Source: an uncultured bacterium
GTDB taxonomy: Bacteria; Patescibacteriota; Patescibacteriia; CAIQCM01
DNA length: 64,000 nt
Assembly: GCA_963708045.1 (NCBI GenBank)
Contig: OY970181.1
Location: 195,740 to 259,739 of the forward strand
Direction of reading: 5' to 3'
Shown here: positions 39,417 to 50,103 of the stretch, in pieces
How the letters are laid out: each line of letters opens with the position of its first letter
Numbering within the stretch: position 1 is the first letter of the stretch
Made by a program: the position numbers and the translations under genes
The notes under the pieces: model-generated
What the model was told of the DNA's origin: nothing
The model's database searches: none
Seen by the model: only the letters and a program-made list of their open reading frames with translations

Positions 39417-40064
39417 GTGGGAATTAAATATAGTATCAACGAGACGTTTTTTACCAAATGGTCATCTAATATGGCTTATGTCTTGGGTTTCTTTTGTGCC
39501 GACGGCACAATGATTGATGACAAGATAAGCCGTGGCAAATACGTTCGTTTTATTAATACAGATAAAAATATTCTGATAAAAATTAAGGAGGCACTTAACT
39601 CCGAGCACAACATATATACAACCAAGGCTACAGCAAACCGTAAGGCTAAATACGTATTGAGTATTGGAAACAAAACTATTTATTCAAGTCTGATAGTTCT
39701 TGATTTAACGCCAAATAAATCATTGGACATTGCACCGCCGTCGGTTCCCAAACAATATATCAACGATTTTGTTCGTGGATACTGCGATGGCGATGGTTGT
39801 ATATATATTGAGAAACAGAGCAATACACTTAGGCTGATATTTACTTCTGGAAGCTCAGGTTTTCTTGTCGGTCTTGCGAAAATGATTACATTAATGAGCG
39901 GTGTTAGTATTAAAAATATATTAAACAGCCACCGAAGCTACCAATTGCGATACACACAAAACGACGCCATTACTATACTTCGTAGTATTTACAAAAATAC
40001 AAAATCTGGTCTATACTTGGAACGGAAAAGAAAAATATTCCAAAAATTTATTAAAAACAGATAA
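39417..40064 (+). CDS. Double-motif LAGLIDADG endonuclease
   Basis: MAYVLGFFCADG and DFVRGYCDGDG; AT-rich; ends 4 nt before tRNA-Cys. Confidence 0.85.
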   Translation: MGIKYSINETFFTKWSSNMAYVLGFFCADGTMIDDKISRGKYVRFINTDKNILIKIKEALNSEHNIYTTKATANRKAKYVLSIGNKTIYSSLIVLDLTPNKSLDIAPPSVPKQYINDFVRGYCDGDGCIYIEKQSNTLRLIFTSGSSGFLVGLAKMITLMSGVSIKNILNSHRSYQLRYTQNDAITILRSIYKNTKSGLYLERKRKIFQKFIKNR

Positions 40065-40068
40065 TTTC

Positions 40069-40142
40069 GGCCGCGTGGTGGAGTGGTTACACAAGGGTCT
40101 GCAAAACCCTGTACATCGGTTCAATTCCGATCGCGGCCTCCA
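40069..40142 (+). tRNA. tRNA-Cys(GCA)
   Basis: GGCCGCG/CGCGGCC acceptor; AGGGT-CTGCAAA-ACCCT anticodon arm; U73 and encoded CCA. Confidence 0.95.
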
Positions 40143-40320
40143 AAAAACGTCCACAACCTTCTTGTTTGGGCGTTTTTTGATACCAATTTGAAAATTAATA
40201 TCATTCCTGCAGTAAGCAGGAGACCAGAATAATCATTACGCTGGGTCCCAGCTTACCGCTGGGATGACAACTAACCAAAAACACCCCACCTAATATAAGG
40301 CAGGGTGTTTTTAAAATTCT

Positions 40321-40821
40321 TTACAAAACTTCAATCGTCAAATGGCGGAGACCAAAGGCGACGGCGTCGCCGCGTTCTTCCATCCAGATGTCTAAGCGGT
40401 CGTCAAAGCGCGTATTCATCCGGTCGGTTACGACGAACACTTTGTCGCCGAACATTTCCGGAATCCGAACGCGGGTACCAAACCTTAACCAATTAGCTGC
40501 AACAATACCGTCGCGAACATGCGTGCCGTTTGCCGTAATAAACGGCGTATCGTCGCACTGGTCAACGGTAGAAGAATAAGCCGTTACCGTCCGAATCGTC
40601 GTATAACGTTCTTCCGCTTGCGTTTGACGAGCCGGAATAAGGCGCGATTCGTTGCTTTCCGCGTCACGATCAGCACTAAAGATAATGCCATCCGCGAGCA
40701 AAACTGGAATTTCCGGGGCATTAAGCAAACCGGTCATACCCATGGCTTTAGCTGTCGCTGGATTGACGAGAAAGAGCAAAACCATTAAACTTAACGCGAT
40801 TTTTATTGAATATTGCTTCAT
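40321..40821 (-). CDS. 3D (Asp-Asp-Asp) domain cell-wall protein
   Basis: TAYSS...TPFITANG...VAAN..FGTRVRI...VTDRM...LDIW. Confidence 0.85.
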   Translation of the reverse strand: MKQYSIKIALSLMVLLFLVNPATAKAMGMTGLLNAPEIPVLLADGIIFSADRDAESNESRLIPARQTQAEERYTTIRTVTAYSSTVDQCDDTPFITANGTHVRDGIVAANWLRFGTRVRIPEMFGDKVFVVTDRMNTRFDDRLDIWMEERGDAVAFGLRHLTIEVL

Positions 40822-40921
40822 AAATCAAAGTCGCCAAAATCCATTGGCGACTGCGGGAATATATCATATTTCGCTGTTTTTGTCAATGGTCGGAAACAGG
40901 ATATAATGAGAATACAAAAAT

Positions 40922-43426
40922 ATGCCTTTTAGAAAAGATTTATACGTGCGTTGGGTTGATCGCAGTGAAAAACGTCCAAAAAAGGGGCGCGTTAAAAAAA
41001 TAATCATGGGTGTCCTCGCCGCCGGCTTTCTTTTGGCTGGAATTATCGCCGTTGGCGCGACAATTTTCTTTGCCACGACCATTCGTGACCTTCCCGACCC
41101 TAACAATATTGCGTCGCGCCAAGTTGAACAGTCAACCAAATTTTACGATCGCACCGGCACCCACCTCTTATATGAACTTCACGGCGACGAGCGCCGCACT
41201 GTTGTCCCGCTCGCCGATATTGCTAAAGATGCCGTAAACGCCACCGTTGCCGTTGAAGACAAACATTTTTACGAACACGGCGGTTTTCGCATAACCAGCT
41301 TAATTCGCGCAGTGCTGATTGATGTTGTTACCGGCAAAAAATCGCAAGGCGGCTCAACAATTACCCAGCAACTCGTTAAAAACGCCATTCTCACCAACGA
41401 AAAATCAATCGGCCGAAAAATCCGCGAACTTATTTTGGCTTCGGAAATAGAACGCCGTTTTAGCAAGGACGACATTCTTAAGATGTATTTTAACGAAATT
41501 CCTTACGGCTCAAACATTTACGGAATAGAAGCCGCGGCGCAAAATTTTTTCGGCAAAAAAGCCAAAGATTTAAATCTTGGCGAAGCCGCCCTCTTGGCCG
41601 CGCTCCCGCAAAGCCCGACATATTATTCACCGTGGGGTTCGCACCGCGAAGCTTTGCTTAATCGCTGGAAAATGATTTTGGATATGATGGTTGAACAGGG
41701 TTATGCGACCAAAGAACAAATCGCCGCCGCCGAAAGCGCTGATATTTTAAAAACGATCGTGCCGAAACGCGAAGCAATCGTGGCGCCGCATTTTATTTTT
41801 TACGTTCAGGAACAGCTGGCCGAAAAATACGGCGAACAAACGGTGGAAACTGGCGGCATGAAAATTATTACCACCATAGACTACGACAAACAGTTGGCCG
41901 CGGAAAAAGCCGTTGCCGATCACATTAAAGATATTGAAAAATTCGGCGGCTCAAACGCTTCGCTTGTTTCCATTGACCCCAAAACCGGACAAATTTTGGC
42001 AATGGTCGGATCGCGCGATTATTTTGACGCCAAAAATGACGGCGCCGTAAACGTCGCGCTTCAACCGCGCCAACCCGGCTCGTCCATTAAGCCACTTGTT
42101 TATCTGACGTCGTTTGTAAAAGGATACACGCCAAACACGGTGCTTATGGATGCCGACACGATTTTCCCAACGCCCCAAGGACCCTACGCGCCTAAAGATT
42201 ATAAGTTAAGTGAAAACGGCCCCGTGACCGTGCGCCAAGCAATCGCCGGCTCGCTAAATACGCCGGCCGTGAAAATGCTTTACCTAACAGGCATTGATAA
42301 TGTTTTTAATATGGCCGAAAAGTTTGGCTACACAACCTGGTCCGACCGCTCGCGCTTTGGTTTGTCGCTGGTGCTTGGCGGCGGTGAAGTCACACTGCTT
42401 GAACACACGGCGGCCTATGGCGTTTTTGCGACCGAAGGAATAAAACACCCAACCGTTTCTGTTCTTAAAGTTGAAGACGCCAAAGGCGCGACGCTTCAGG
42501 AATGGAAAGCCGAAGATGGCACGCGGGTTGTTGACGCCGAGATCGTCCGCAACATTACCGACATTCTTCAAGACGACGCGTCACGACAATTTGTTTTTGG
42601 CGCCGTAACTGGGCTCACCCTTCCCGACCGGCAAGTGGCAGCCAAAACCGGCACAACGAACGATGTTAAAGACGCTTGGACAATGGGCTACACGCCGTCG
42701 CTTGTGGCCGGCGTTTGGGTCGGCAATAACCACCCTAAAGCAATGCAAAAATCTTCGTCAGCCGTGATGATCTGGAACGAATATATGCGCTTGGCGCTTA
42801 AAGGCACAGCGCCCGAAGGCTTTACGCCGCCCCAGCCGATTGTCACTGGCAAACCAATTTTGGACGGCAGCAAAATGCCCGGCCAAACCGTGGTTATAGA
42901 TAAAATTTCCGGCAAACTCGCGACCGACTTTACGCCCGTGGAAATGCGCGAGGAGCGAACTTATAACGCCGTTCACGACATTCTTTACTACATAAACAAA
43001 GACGATCCGCGCGGACTTACCCCGCCCGACCCGACCGACCAAATGTATCAGCCGTTTGAAGATTCGGCCGCGCGCTGGGCAGGAAAAAACAATCTTATTC
43101 CGGCCGTGCCGCCGACCGCGTATGACGATGTGCATTTGCCCGAGGACAAACCAACAATTAGTTTTGCAAGCCCGCTAGACGGCAACGCTGTTTCCACAAA
43201 TTTTAGCGCCAGCGTCAACGCCTCCTCACGCCGCGGCGTTCGCAAAATAATTTTTGCGCTTGATGGAATAAAGATTGGCGAGACGAGCGGCTCGGGCACA
43301 GCCTTTTATGCCAACCTTATCGTTCCCACAGGAACCGAAAAAGGTTTTCACACCCTGACCGCCACCGCCGAAGACGATCTCTATAACTCCGCGTCGGTTG
43401 GTCTTAATATAAATTTCAATCCTTAA
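40922..43426 (+). CDS. Class A penicillin-binding protein (PBP1A family)
   Basis: Transglycosylase EDKHFYEH and GGSTITQQLVKN; transpeptidase SSIK, SLN and KTG. Confidence 0.95.
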   Translation: MPFRKDLYVRWVDRSEKRPKKGRVKKIIMGVLAAGFLLAGIIAVGATIFFATTIRDLPDPNNIASRQVEQSTKFYDRTGTHLLYELHGDERRTVVPLADIAKDAVNATVAVEDKHFYEHGGFRITSLIRAVLIDVVTGKKSQGGSTITQQLVKNAILTNEKSIGRKIRELILASEIERRFSKDDILKMYFNEIPYGSNIYGIEAAAQNFFGKKAKDLNLGEAALLAALPQSPTYYSPWGSHREALLNRWKMILDMMVEQGYATKEQIAAAESADILKTIVPKREAIVAPHFIFYVQEQLAEKYGEQTVETGGMKIITTIDYDKQLAAEKAVADHIKDIEKFGGSNASLVSIDPKTGQILAMVGSRDYFDAKNDGAVNVALQPRQPGSSIKPLVYLTSFVKGYTPNTVLMDADTIFPTPQGPYAPKDYKLSENGPVTVRQAIAGSLNTPAVKMLYLTGIDNVFNMAEKFGYTTWSDRSRFGLSLVLGGGEVTLLEHTAAYGVFATEGIKHPTVSVLKVEDAKGATLQEWKAEDGTRVVDAEIVRNITDILQDDASRQFVFGAVTGLTLPDRQVAAKTGTTNDVKDAWTMGYTPSLVAGVWVGNNHPKAMQKSSSAVMIWNEYMRLALKGTAPEGFTPPQPIVTGKPILDGSKMPGQTVVIDKISGKLATDFTPVEMREERTYNAVHDILYYINKDDPRGLTPPDPTDQMYQPFEDSAARWAGKNNLIPAVPPTAYDDVHLPEDKPTISFASPLDGNAVSTNFSASVNASSRRGVRKIIFALDGIKIGETSGSGTAFYANLIVPTGTEKGFHTLTATAEDDLYNSASVGLNINFNP

Positions 43427-43561
43427 CCAAATAACACCTTACACCAAACACCCAGCCCTCGTGCCGGGTGTTTTGCTTTATAAATTAGAAATTTAAAGAG
43501 GCCCGATTCCGCGTGCGGATTCAGACCTCTTCGTGTGCTTGAAAAAACTGTCAGGCTGTTT

Positions 43562-44371
43562 TTAGCTTACGCAAGACAAAGCTTCCAAAAGCGCCCCCCT
43601 TCGTCCCAAATCGTCAACCTTCCTAACCGATGAACCAAAGCTTTCCAAATCCTCCGAATTATGAGTCGCGGAATATACTTCCAAATAGATTAGCGCGGCC
43701 TCTTCGGCGCCAATCCCAGCCGCATGGGCGGTCTGTTTCGCGACAAACAAATCAAGCTCTTCGTGCTTTTCGCCAAAAATAGCAAGGTAGGCGCGTGCGC
43801 GAGCAAAGTGCTTTTTATGAATCCCTGGACATTTTTCCAGTCCATCGGCCATCCCGCGAACAATTGACCACGCGGGTGGGTCGTCCTGGAGCTTGGCAAC
43901 AGACAAGCCCGTCTGAAACTGCACCAGCGGCGAACCAAAGTCGACTGTGTTCAATATAGCCCACACCCTCCCCCATTGCTTAGTTTTGGCTAGATTTAGG
44001 ACAAAACCAGAGAAAATGCACGCACGCGTGAGCGAAAAATTGATTGTGCGAATGAGTGGAATAGCAAGATCTTTGTCGGAATATCCGTCCGGCAAAGACG
44101 TCTCGCAGACAACTTCTTCCAACACCCCAAGAAGACGTTTATGATGACGAACTGCCAAAAAAAGATGGCCCTTTTCTATCTCCACCATTCCTCTTCGCCA
44201 AGCCATGGCGTCACAATTACGACTATCCGCTTCATCGACTCGGACGATTGCCAAAAGAGCTTCTGCCCCTTCGGCTTCATCTTCTTGCATTGGAATGTTG
44301 TTGTAAAAACTTGCTACACTTATATCTAGAAGACTCTGCCAGGAACCTCTGATTTCTTTCAATGTACGCAT
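43562..44371 (-). CDS. Hypothetical alpha-helical protein
   Basis: 269 aa ORF with GGGAGG SD. Confidence 0.6.
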   Translation of the reverse strand: MRTLKEIRGSWQSLLDISVASFYNNIPMQEDEAEGAEALLAIVRVDEADSRNCDAMAWRRGMVEIEKGHLFLAVRHHKRLLGVLEEVVCETSLPDGYSDKDLAIPLIRTINFSLTRACIFSGFVLNLAKTKQWGRVWAILNTVDFGSPLVQFQTGLSVAKLQDDPPAWSIVRGMADGLEKCPGIHKKHFARARAYLAIFGEKHEELDLFVAKQTAHAAGIGAEEAALIYLEVYSATHNSEDLESFGSSVRKVDDLGRRGALLEALSCVS

Positions 44372-44438
44372 CGGTCGCCTCCCTTGTTCTTCGTTTCCTC
44401 TAAAGCTAATTGCGTCTTATCTAAATTACGATAAAAAG

Positions 44439-45497
44439 TCAACTATTTGTACTAGACGGGTACATCGGTAACAAGTGCTCGTGCTTGTAGATGAAATTGA
44501 TCGGTGACATATACCCCAGGGTTTGGTGCGGCCGACGGAAGTTGTATTCGATCAGCCACTCAGTGAGCCGTCGGTTGAATTCGGCGCAGTCGTCGGTCAT
44601 GTTCCCGAGCTGAACAAACTCCTCTTGTAGGGTTCGGTTGAACCGTTCGTTCGTCGCGTTGTCCTTGGGTGTTTTGATCCGCGAATGATATTGGGGAATA
44701 TTTAGAGCAAGACACGCGTCAGCAAACCGTCCCTTGAACTCGCTGCCGTTGTCATGCCCAACGTTCTCTATCTTCCCATCAACGAGATGATGGAGGCGAT
44801 AAAGAAAATCGCGAGAATTTGATGAACTCTTTGACGTATACATCCGGGCAAAAGCTAGTTTAGAGTGTTTGTCGATGGCGGTGAAGATGAAACGCTTCTT
44901 GCTTTTCCAATAAATAACGACGGTATCGAGGCAGAGTAGAAACCCCGATCGTTTCTTGGTCTTGAGGTCGGTGATCTTCTTGCGTTTAACACTATTCTTT
45001 CGTTTTTTGTTGATCCTGGCTTGTTTTATTGGGTGGTAATAGAGACGGTACTTCTCAATAGTCTTCTGCACCTTCCACTCAGAAATGATCTCGTGATATT
45101 CTGTGTTATAGAGAGTGGCGATCTTCGCTTTTCCATAGCGGATATGCGTCCTCTTCAACGAAATGATTCGTTCAGCTTGGAGCGGGGTAATGGCCCGCTC
45201 TTTGCGTTTCTTGGGGGTACGATCAAGTTCTTCAAGGGTGCGGAGGTTGGCATCGTTAAAGCGTTTCTTCCATTTCCAAAAGGTCTTGGGGGCGATGCCA
45301 AAATGACGAGCCGTCAAAAGAGCGTTGCCGCCGTGCTCCTCGTGCCAAAGGAACCAATCTAGTCAACGTCTAGCGGGAACGGAGATGCCGATCAGGTCGG
45401 CGACGGCGCGAAGGCGCGCCCGACGCGATTTAGTTAAAACGATACCGGGTTTGAAATACCCGCCGGTGTGGAACCAACGAAGCGTATGATTGCTCAT
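44439..45497 (-). CDS. IS481-family DDE transposase with in-frame TGA at codon 45 (45363-45365)
   Basis: HTH (ARHFGIAPKTFWKW); LDT, DNGSEF and ERFNRTLQEEF catalytic motifs. Confidence 0.85.
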
Positions 45498-45575
45498 AGA
45501 AAGATGAGTTAGATGGGTAACAGTCTCATTTTAACCCCATTCGAGGAGTGTTACCGATGTATCTCATCTTCTCCA
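44448..45575 (-). mobile_element. IS481-family insertion sequence, copy 1
   Basis: Imperfect IRs sharing TACATCGGTAACA; direct repeat CTATT at 44443-44447 and 45576-45580; near-identical to 51001-52129. Confidence 0.9.
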
Positions 45576-45744
45576 CTATTTACCTTCCCCCAAGTGTGGG
45601 GGAAGGTGCCCGAAGGGCGGATGAGGGCTGTGAAATGTTGACAGAATTCAGCCAAAATGGTAGTATTGTTTAATAATTATTTAATTAGTAGGACACTTGG
45701 TTAAACCGCCGGCGGCGATTTTACTCGGTTTCCCACACGAAAAT

Positions 45745-46014
45745 ATGTTAGACAAAAACGCCAAAGAGAAAATTATTGAAAAATTTAAGACGCACGCGAC
45801 CGACACCGGCTCGCCGAACGTCCAGGTCGCCATCCTTTCGGCTGAAATCGGCGACCTTACCAAACACCTTCAATCGCACAAAAAGGATTTTTCTTCGCGT
45901 CGCGGACTTCTTAAAAAAGTTTCCGAGCGCCGCCGTTTGCTTAAATATATGTCGCACGAAGACCCGAGCGGATACAAAAAGCTCGTGGAAGCGCTTGAAA
46001 AAACCAAATTTTAA
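45745..46014 (+). CDS. rpsO: 30S ribosomal protein S15
   Basis: DTGSPNVQVAIL...HKKDFSSRRGLLKKV. Confidence 0.97.
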   Translation: MLDKNAKEKIIEKFKTHATDTGSPNVQVAILSAEIGDLTKHLQSHKKDFSSRRGLLKKVSERRRLLKYMSHEDPSGYKKLVEALEKTKF

Positions 46015-46133
46015 TTTTTTATTTTTTAATTTAATTGGAGACAGAGAGATTAGAGATTAGAGATTTGAATGAAGAAGTCGGACGACGTTCTTCTAAAATC
46101 TAATCTCCAATCTCTAATCTCAATAATAAAACA

Positions 46134-46775
46134 ATGGCCGTCATCAAACACCCGGAGCAAAGAGTCGGAATTTTTATTGATACACAAAATATGTATCACT
46201 CGGCGCGCGATCTTTATAACGCGCGCGTTAATTTTGGCAAGTTGGTTGAAGAAGCAGTCGGCGATCGTCGCCTTGTCCGCGCTATTGCCTACGTCATCAG
46301 CACGACCGGCGGCGAAGAAAAACCGTTTTTTGAAGCGCTTAAGCATGCCGGCATTGAAACGCGCGAAAAAGATTTGCAAATTTTTTACGGCGGCGGCAAA
46401 AAAGCCGACTGGGACGTTGGTCTCGCGATTGACGCAATCCGCATCGCGCCGCTTTTGGACGTTGTCATTATCGTTTCGGGCGACGGCGACTTTTGCCCGC
46501 TCGTTGAATACTTGCGCAACCACGGACTTCAAGTTGAAGTCGCCGGCTTCCGCAAAACTACGGCTACCAAACTCGCTGAGGCGGCCGACGCCTTTACCGA
46601 TCTTTCCGAAGTCGCCGAAAATATTCTTATTCAATCAAATTCAAAACCGCAGGTTGAATTTTCCCGCCCCAAAACTGATTTCCCGAAAAAAGAATATCTC
46701 GCGCCGACCAGAGACAATCGTCCGCCTAGAAAAACCAATGTCCGTACCGAACGCAAACCAATTACTGATTTTTAA
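46134..46775 (+). CDS. NYN domain protein (LabA/DUF88, PIN-like nuclease)
   Basis: IFIDTQN, KADWDV, SGDGDF, ADAF. Confidence 0.9.
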   Translation: MAVIKHPEQRVGIFIDTQNMYHSARDLYNARVNFGKLVEEAVGDRRLVRAIAYVISTTGGEEKPFFEALKHAGIETREKDLQIFYGGGKKADWDVGLAIDAIRIAPLLDVVIIVSGDGDFCPLVEYLRNHGLQVEVAGFRKTTATKLAEAADAFTDLSEVAENILIQSNSKPQVEFSRPKTDFPKKEYLAPTRDNRPPRKTNVRTERKPITDF

Positions 46776-46928
46776 AAATAATTAAGAGATAAGATTTAGG
46801 AATTAAGAAAACGGTTATACGTTTCTTAATTCCTAATTCATAAATCTTAAATCTAATTAACGTGGCCCCCAAACAATATGATCTCTCGCAAGATGCGGGA
46901 AGTCAGCTGTTTGCGGGTCAAAAAATAT

Positions 46929-49172
46929 ATGACCCAGAAAGAATTTTCTATAGAGTGGGGCGGCCGAACGCTCACACTCTCTACCGGCTTACTCGCCAAA
47001 CAAGCGACCGCTTCGGTTGAAGCGCGCTATGGCGACACCGTTGTTCTCGCGACCGTCGTTCTCGGCGGCATTCGCGACGGCATTGATTATTTTCCGCTAA
47101 TGGTTGATTTTGAAGAGCGTCTTTACGCCGCCGGCAAAATCAAATCTTCCCGCTTTATTAAGCGCGAAGGCAAACCAAGCGACGAAGCGGTTTTAACCGG
47201 TCGTCTGATTGACCGTTCCATTCGTCCGCTTTTCCCGTGGGAATTAAAAAACGAAGTACAAGTAACGGTTACTTGTTTGTGCTATGACGAAGAAAACGAT
47301 CCCGCCACCTTGGGACTTATTGCCGCTTCGGCCGCGCTTCATATTTCGCGCATCCCGTGGATGGGACCGATCGGCGCTTCACGCATTAGCCGCGCCGAAG
47401 GCAAACTTATTTTAAACGCCTCGCTTATTAACCGCGACGCGGGTGATCTGGACATCGTTGTTGCTGGCACCAAAGACAAACTCATCATGGCCGAAGCGGG
47501 CGCCAAAGAAGTTTCCGAAGACGACGCCGTCGCTTCGGTTCGTTTTGGTTTAGAAGCCAACGCCGCGGTGGTTGAACTGATAGAAAAAATGCGCAAAGAA
47601 ATTGGCGTGCCTAAAGTTGACGTCAACGAATTAAATAACGAAACCGACGAAATTGTTGCCGCTAAAAAGCAAGCCTACGAAACGACGCGCGCTTTCTTAA
47701 TGCCAAAAATTGAAGAGCTTTTCTTTAACGCGCCCAAAGCCGACAAGGTTGAACGCGCCACGGCTAAAAAGAAGTTGCACGAACTTTTGGAAGCCGAACT
47801 TGAAACAAAAACTGCTGACGACGATGCGCGCAAACTCGCGCACTCGCAAGTTGAAGAAGTTATTGAAGAAGCGGTGACGACGGCGATTTTGGAAAAAAAC
47901 CGCCGCGTTGACGGACGAAAAATTGACGAGGTGCGCACGCTTGCGTCCAAAGTTGGTTTGCTTCCGCGCACGCACGGTTCGGGACTTTTTGAGCGCGGCG
48001 ACACGCAAGTTTTGTCGGTCGTTACTTTGGGCGGTCCGGGCGACGCGCAAATTTTGGACGGAATGGAACAGGCCGATCTTAAAAAGCGTTACATGCACCA
48101 CTACAACTTCCCTGGCTATTCGGTCGGCGAAGCTAAACCCAACCGCGGCCCGGGTCGCCGCGAAGTCGGCCATGGCGCTTTGGCTGAACGCGCGCTAGAG
48201 CCAGTTCTTCCGACCGTTGATAAATTTCCTTACGTCATCCGCGTTGTTTCCGAAGTCCTTGGCTCAAACGGTTCGTCCTCAATGGCCTCGGCTTGCGGTT
48301 CAACCCTCGCGCTTATGGATGCGGGCGTGCCGATTACAGCGCCGGTTGCCGGCGTCGCGATGGGCATTGCGACCCGCCACGGTTCCGATGAATACAAAAT
48401 CATTACCGACCTTCAGGATTTGGAAGACGGCATCGGCGGAATGGACTTTAAAATCTGCGGCACCAAAAAAGGCATTACCGCGATTCAAATGGACACCAAA
48501 ACGCTCGGCCTTTCAATGAAAATCGTTGAAGAAACTTTTGCCAAAGCCAAGGATGGCCGAATGAAAATTTTGGAAGTAATGGAAAAATGTTTGGCCGCGC
48601 CGCGCGCCGAACTTTCGGCTTGGGCGCCGCGCATTGAAACGATTATGATCAATCCGGAAAAAATCCGCGACGTGATCGGACCCGGCGGCAAGATGATTAA
48701 TAAAATTATTGCCGAAACCGGCGCGACAATTGACGTTGAAGATGATGGCCGCGTCACCGTTACCTGCGCCAAGCCAGAAGGAATGAAGAAGGCTGTTGAG
48801 TGGATCAAGATGCTAACGAAAGAAGTCGTGGTCGGCGAAATTTATCGCGGCAAAGTTGTCCGCACAATGGACTTTGGCGCGTTTGTGGAACTCACACCAA
48901 ACCAAGACGGCATGGTGCACATTTCCCAACTCGCCCCATGGCGCGTTAACCGCATTGAAGACGTCGTCCACATTGGCGACGAAGTGCCAGTTAAAGTAAT
49001 TGAAATTGATGAAATGGGTCGCGTTAACTTGTCGGTAAAAGCCGCGCGCGAGGAATTAAAAGAAGCACAATTCGTAATGCCGGAAGGCTACGAGTCGGCG
49101 CCGCAGGCGCCACGCAGCCCGCGCCCAAGTTTTGGCGGCGGCTCTCGCGGCGGCCACGGCGGACGAAGATAA
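46929..49172 (+). CDS. pnp: Polyribonucleotide nucleotidyltransferase
   Basis: Two RNase PH domains (SNGSSSMAS, MDFK), plus KH and S1 domains. Confidence 0.98.
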   Translation: MTQKEFSIEWGGRTLTLSTGLLAKQATASVEARYGDTVVLATVVLGGIRDGIDYFPLMVDFEERLYAAGKIKSSRFIKREGKPSDEAVLTGRLIDRSIRPLFPWELKNEVQVTVTCLCYDEENDPATLGLIAASAALHISRIPWMGPIGASRISRAEGKLILNASLINRDAGDLDIVVAGTKDKLIMAEAGAKEVSEDDAVASVRFGLEANAAVVELIEKMRKEIGVPKVDVNELNNETDEIVAAKKQAYETTRAFLMPKIEELFFNAPKADKVERATAKKKLHELLEAELETKTADDDARKLAHSQVEEVIEEAVTTAILEKNRRVDGRKIDEVRTLASKVGLLPRTHGSGLFERGDTQVLSVVTLGGPGDAQILDGMEQADLKKRYMHHYNFPGYSVGEAKPNRGPGRREVGHGALAERALEPVLPTVDKFPYVIRVVSEVLGSNGSSSMASACGSTLALMDAGVPITAPVAGVAMGIATRHGSDEYKIITDLQDLEDGIGGMDFKICGTKKGITAIQMDTKTLGLSMKIVEETFAKAKDGRMKILEVMEKCLAAPRAELSAWAPRIETIMINPEKIRDVIGPGGKMINKIIAETGATIDVEDDGRVTVTCAKPEGMKKAVEWIKMLTKEVVVGEIYRGKVVRTMDFGAFVELTPNQDGMVHISQLAPWRVNRIEDVVHIGDEVPVKVIEIDEMGRVNLSVKAAREELKEAQFVMPEGYESAPQAPRSPRPSFGGGSRGGHGGRR

Positions 49173-49221
49173 ATAATAAAATAAAAACTCGTTCTGAAAA
49201 ATCAGAGCGAGTTTTTGTTAT

Positions 49222-49346
49222 GGCGTCATCCCGAAGAGCCGAAGCGATGAGGGAACTCAAAGTCTTTAGCAAGTTTCGTGATTCCTCGCCGAGCTGAGCT
49301 CGGCCGAGCCCTAGACAAAACGTCCTTACGGGCTCGGAATGACGCC
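49222..49346 (+). repeat. Family A REP/MITE-like element
   Basis: ggcgtcatcccgaagagccgaagcgatgagggaactc...ggaatgacgcc. Confidence 0.85.
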
Positions 49347-49436
49347 ATAAAAATTATTATTACGCACTTTATCATAAAAAAACGACGCAGCCTGGGAATT
49401 CCAGACTGCGCGTGGTGGGCGAGATGTACGGCGGGG

Positions 49437-49940
49437 TCAGCGACTAGCGCTAGCGTATAAACGGTTATGGTGTCCAACCCATGCGCGAGCTTGTTCTTCA
49501 TCTTCGCTCGCAAAGACCCGCATCGTGTTGTTGGCGTAGCGGCCATTGTTTTGCTTCTGGCCAAACGGAAAGGCAATTCCTGGCACAAGCGCGATATAGA
49601 AGAGCGACGTGAATACAAGCGCGAAGGTGGGATCGGTCTTGCCTTCGTCTTCGGTCGGATTTTGACAAATACAAACAGGATGACCGACCAAAAAAACCTG
49701 AGTATCAACCTCCGACGAGACGCCGTAGAGTACAGCCGTTTGGCCGTCGTCAAAAGCGACAAACAGTTGCGCTGTGAGATAGGCCAAACGGTTTTGAACC
49801 AGAATAGCCTCACGCCGTAGGGTTATTGCCCAGTCCTCGTTTGATTTTCCTGCCGCCTCGCGCAAAACCCTGATCCTCGTGCGTGCCGCTTCTGGCGTAA
49901 CAATTGTTGCTGTATCAACCTTAGGAATTCCTGTCTGCAT
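49437..49940 (-). CDS. Hypothetical protein
   Basis: 167 aa ORF with AAGGAG SD and TTGACA promoter upstream. Confidence 0.55.
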   Translation of the reverse strand: MQTGIPKVDTATIVTPEAARTRIRVLREAAGKSNEDWAITLRREAILVQNRLAYLTAQLFVAFDDGQTAVLYGVSSEVDTQVFLVGHPVCICQNPTEDEGKTDPTFALVFTSLFYIALVPGIAFPFGQKQNNGRYANNTMRVFASEDEEQARAWVGHHNRLYASASR

Positions 49941-50103
49941 CGCTGTTTCTCCTTACGTAATGAACAACGGTTTCCCGACCGTCAGGGTGAATTTTGGGGA
50001 AAAAATATTATCCTTTTAAATCCATTTTTTGTCAAACCCGCTTAAAACAGAGACACGCAGCCCGGACGAACCAGACTGCGTGTGAATACGAACGGTTGAG
50101 TGA

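Noticed and set aside
45363-45365. UGA recoding (genetic code 25)
   Set aside because: Long core genes translate fully in code 11 with no internal TGA, and TGA ends other ORFs.
46069-46785. 238-aa ORF overlapping the NYN gene
   Set aside because: Alternative frame starting in a repeat, with no recognisable motif; the NYN frame has the family signature.
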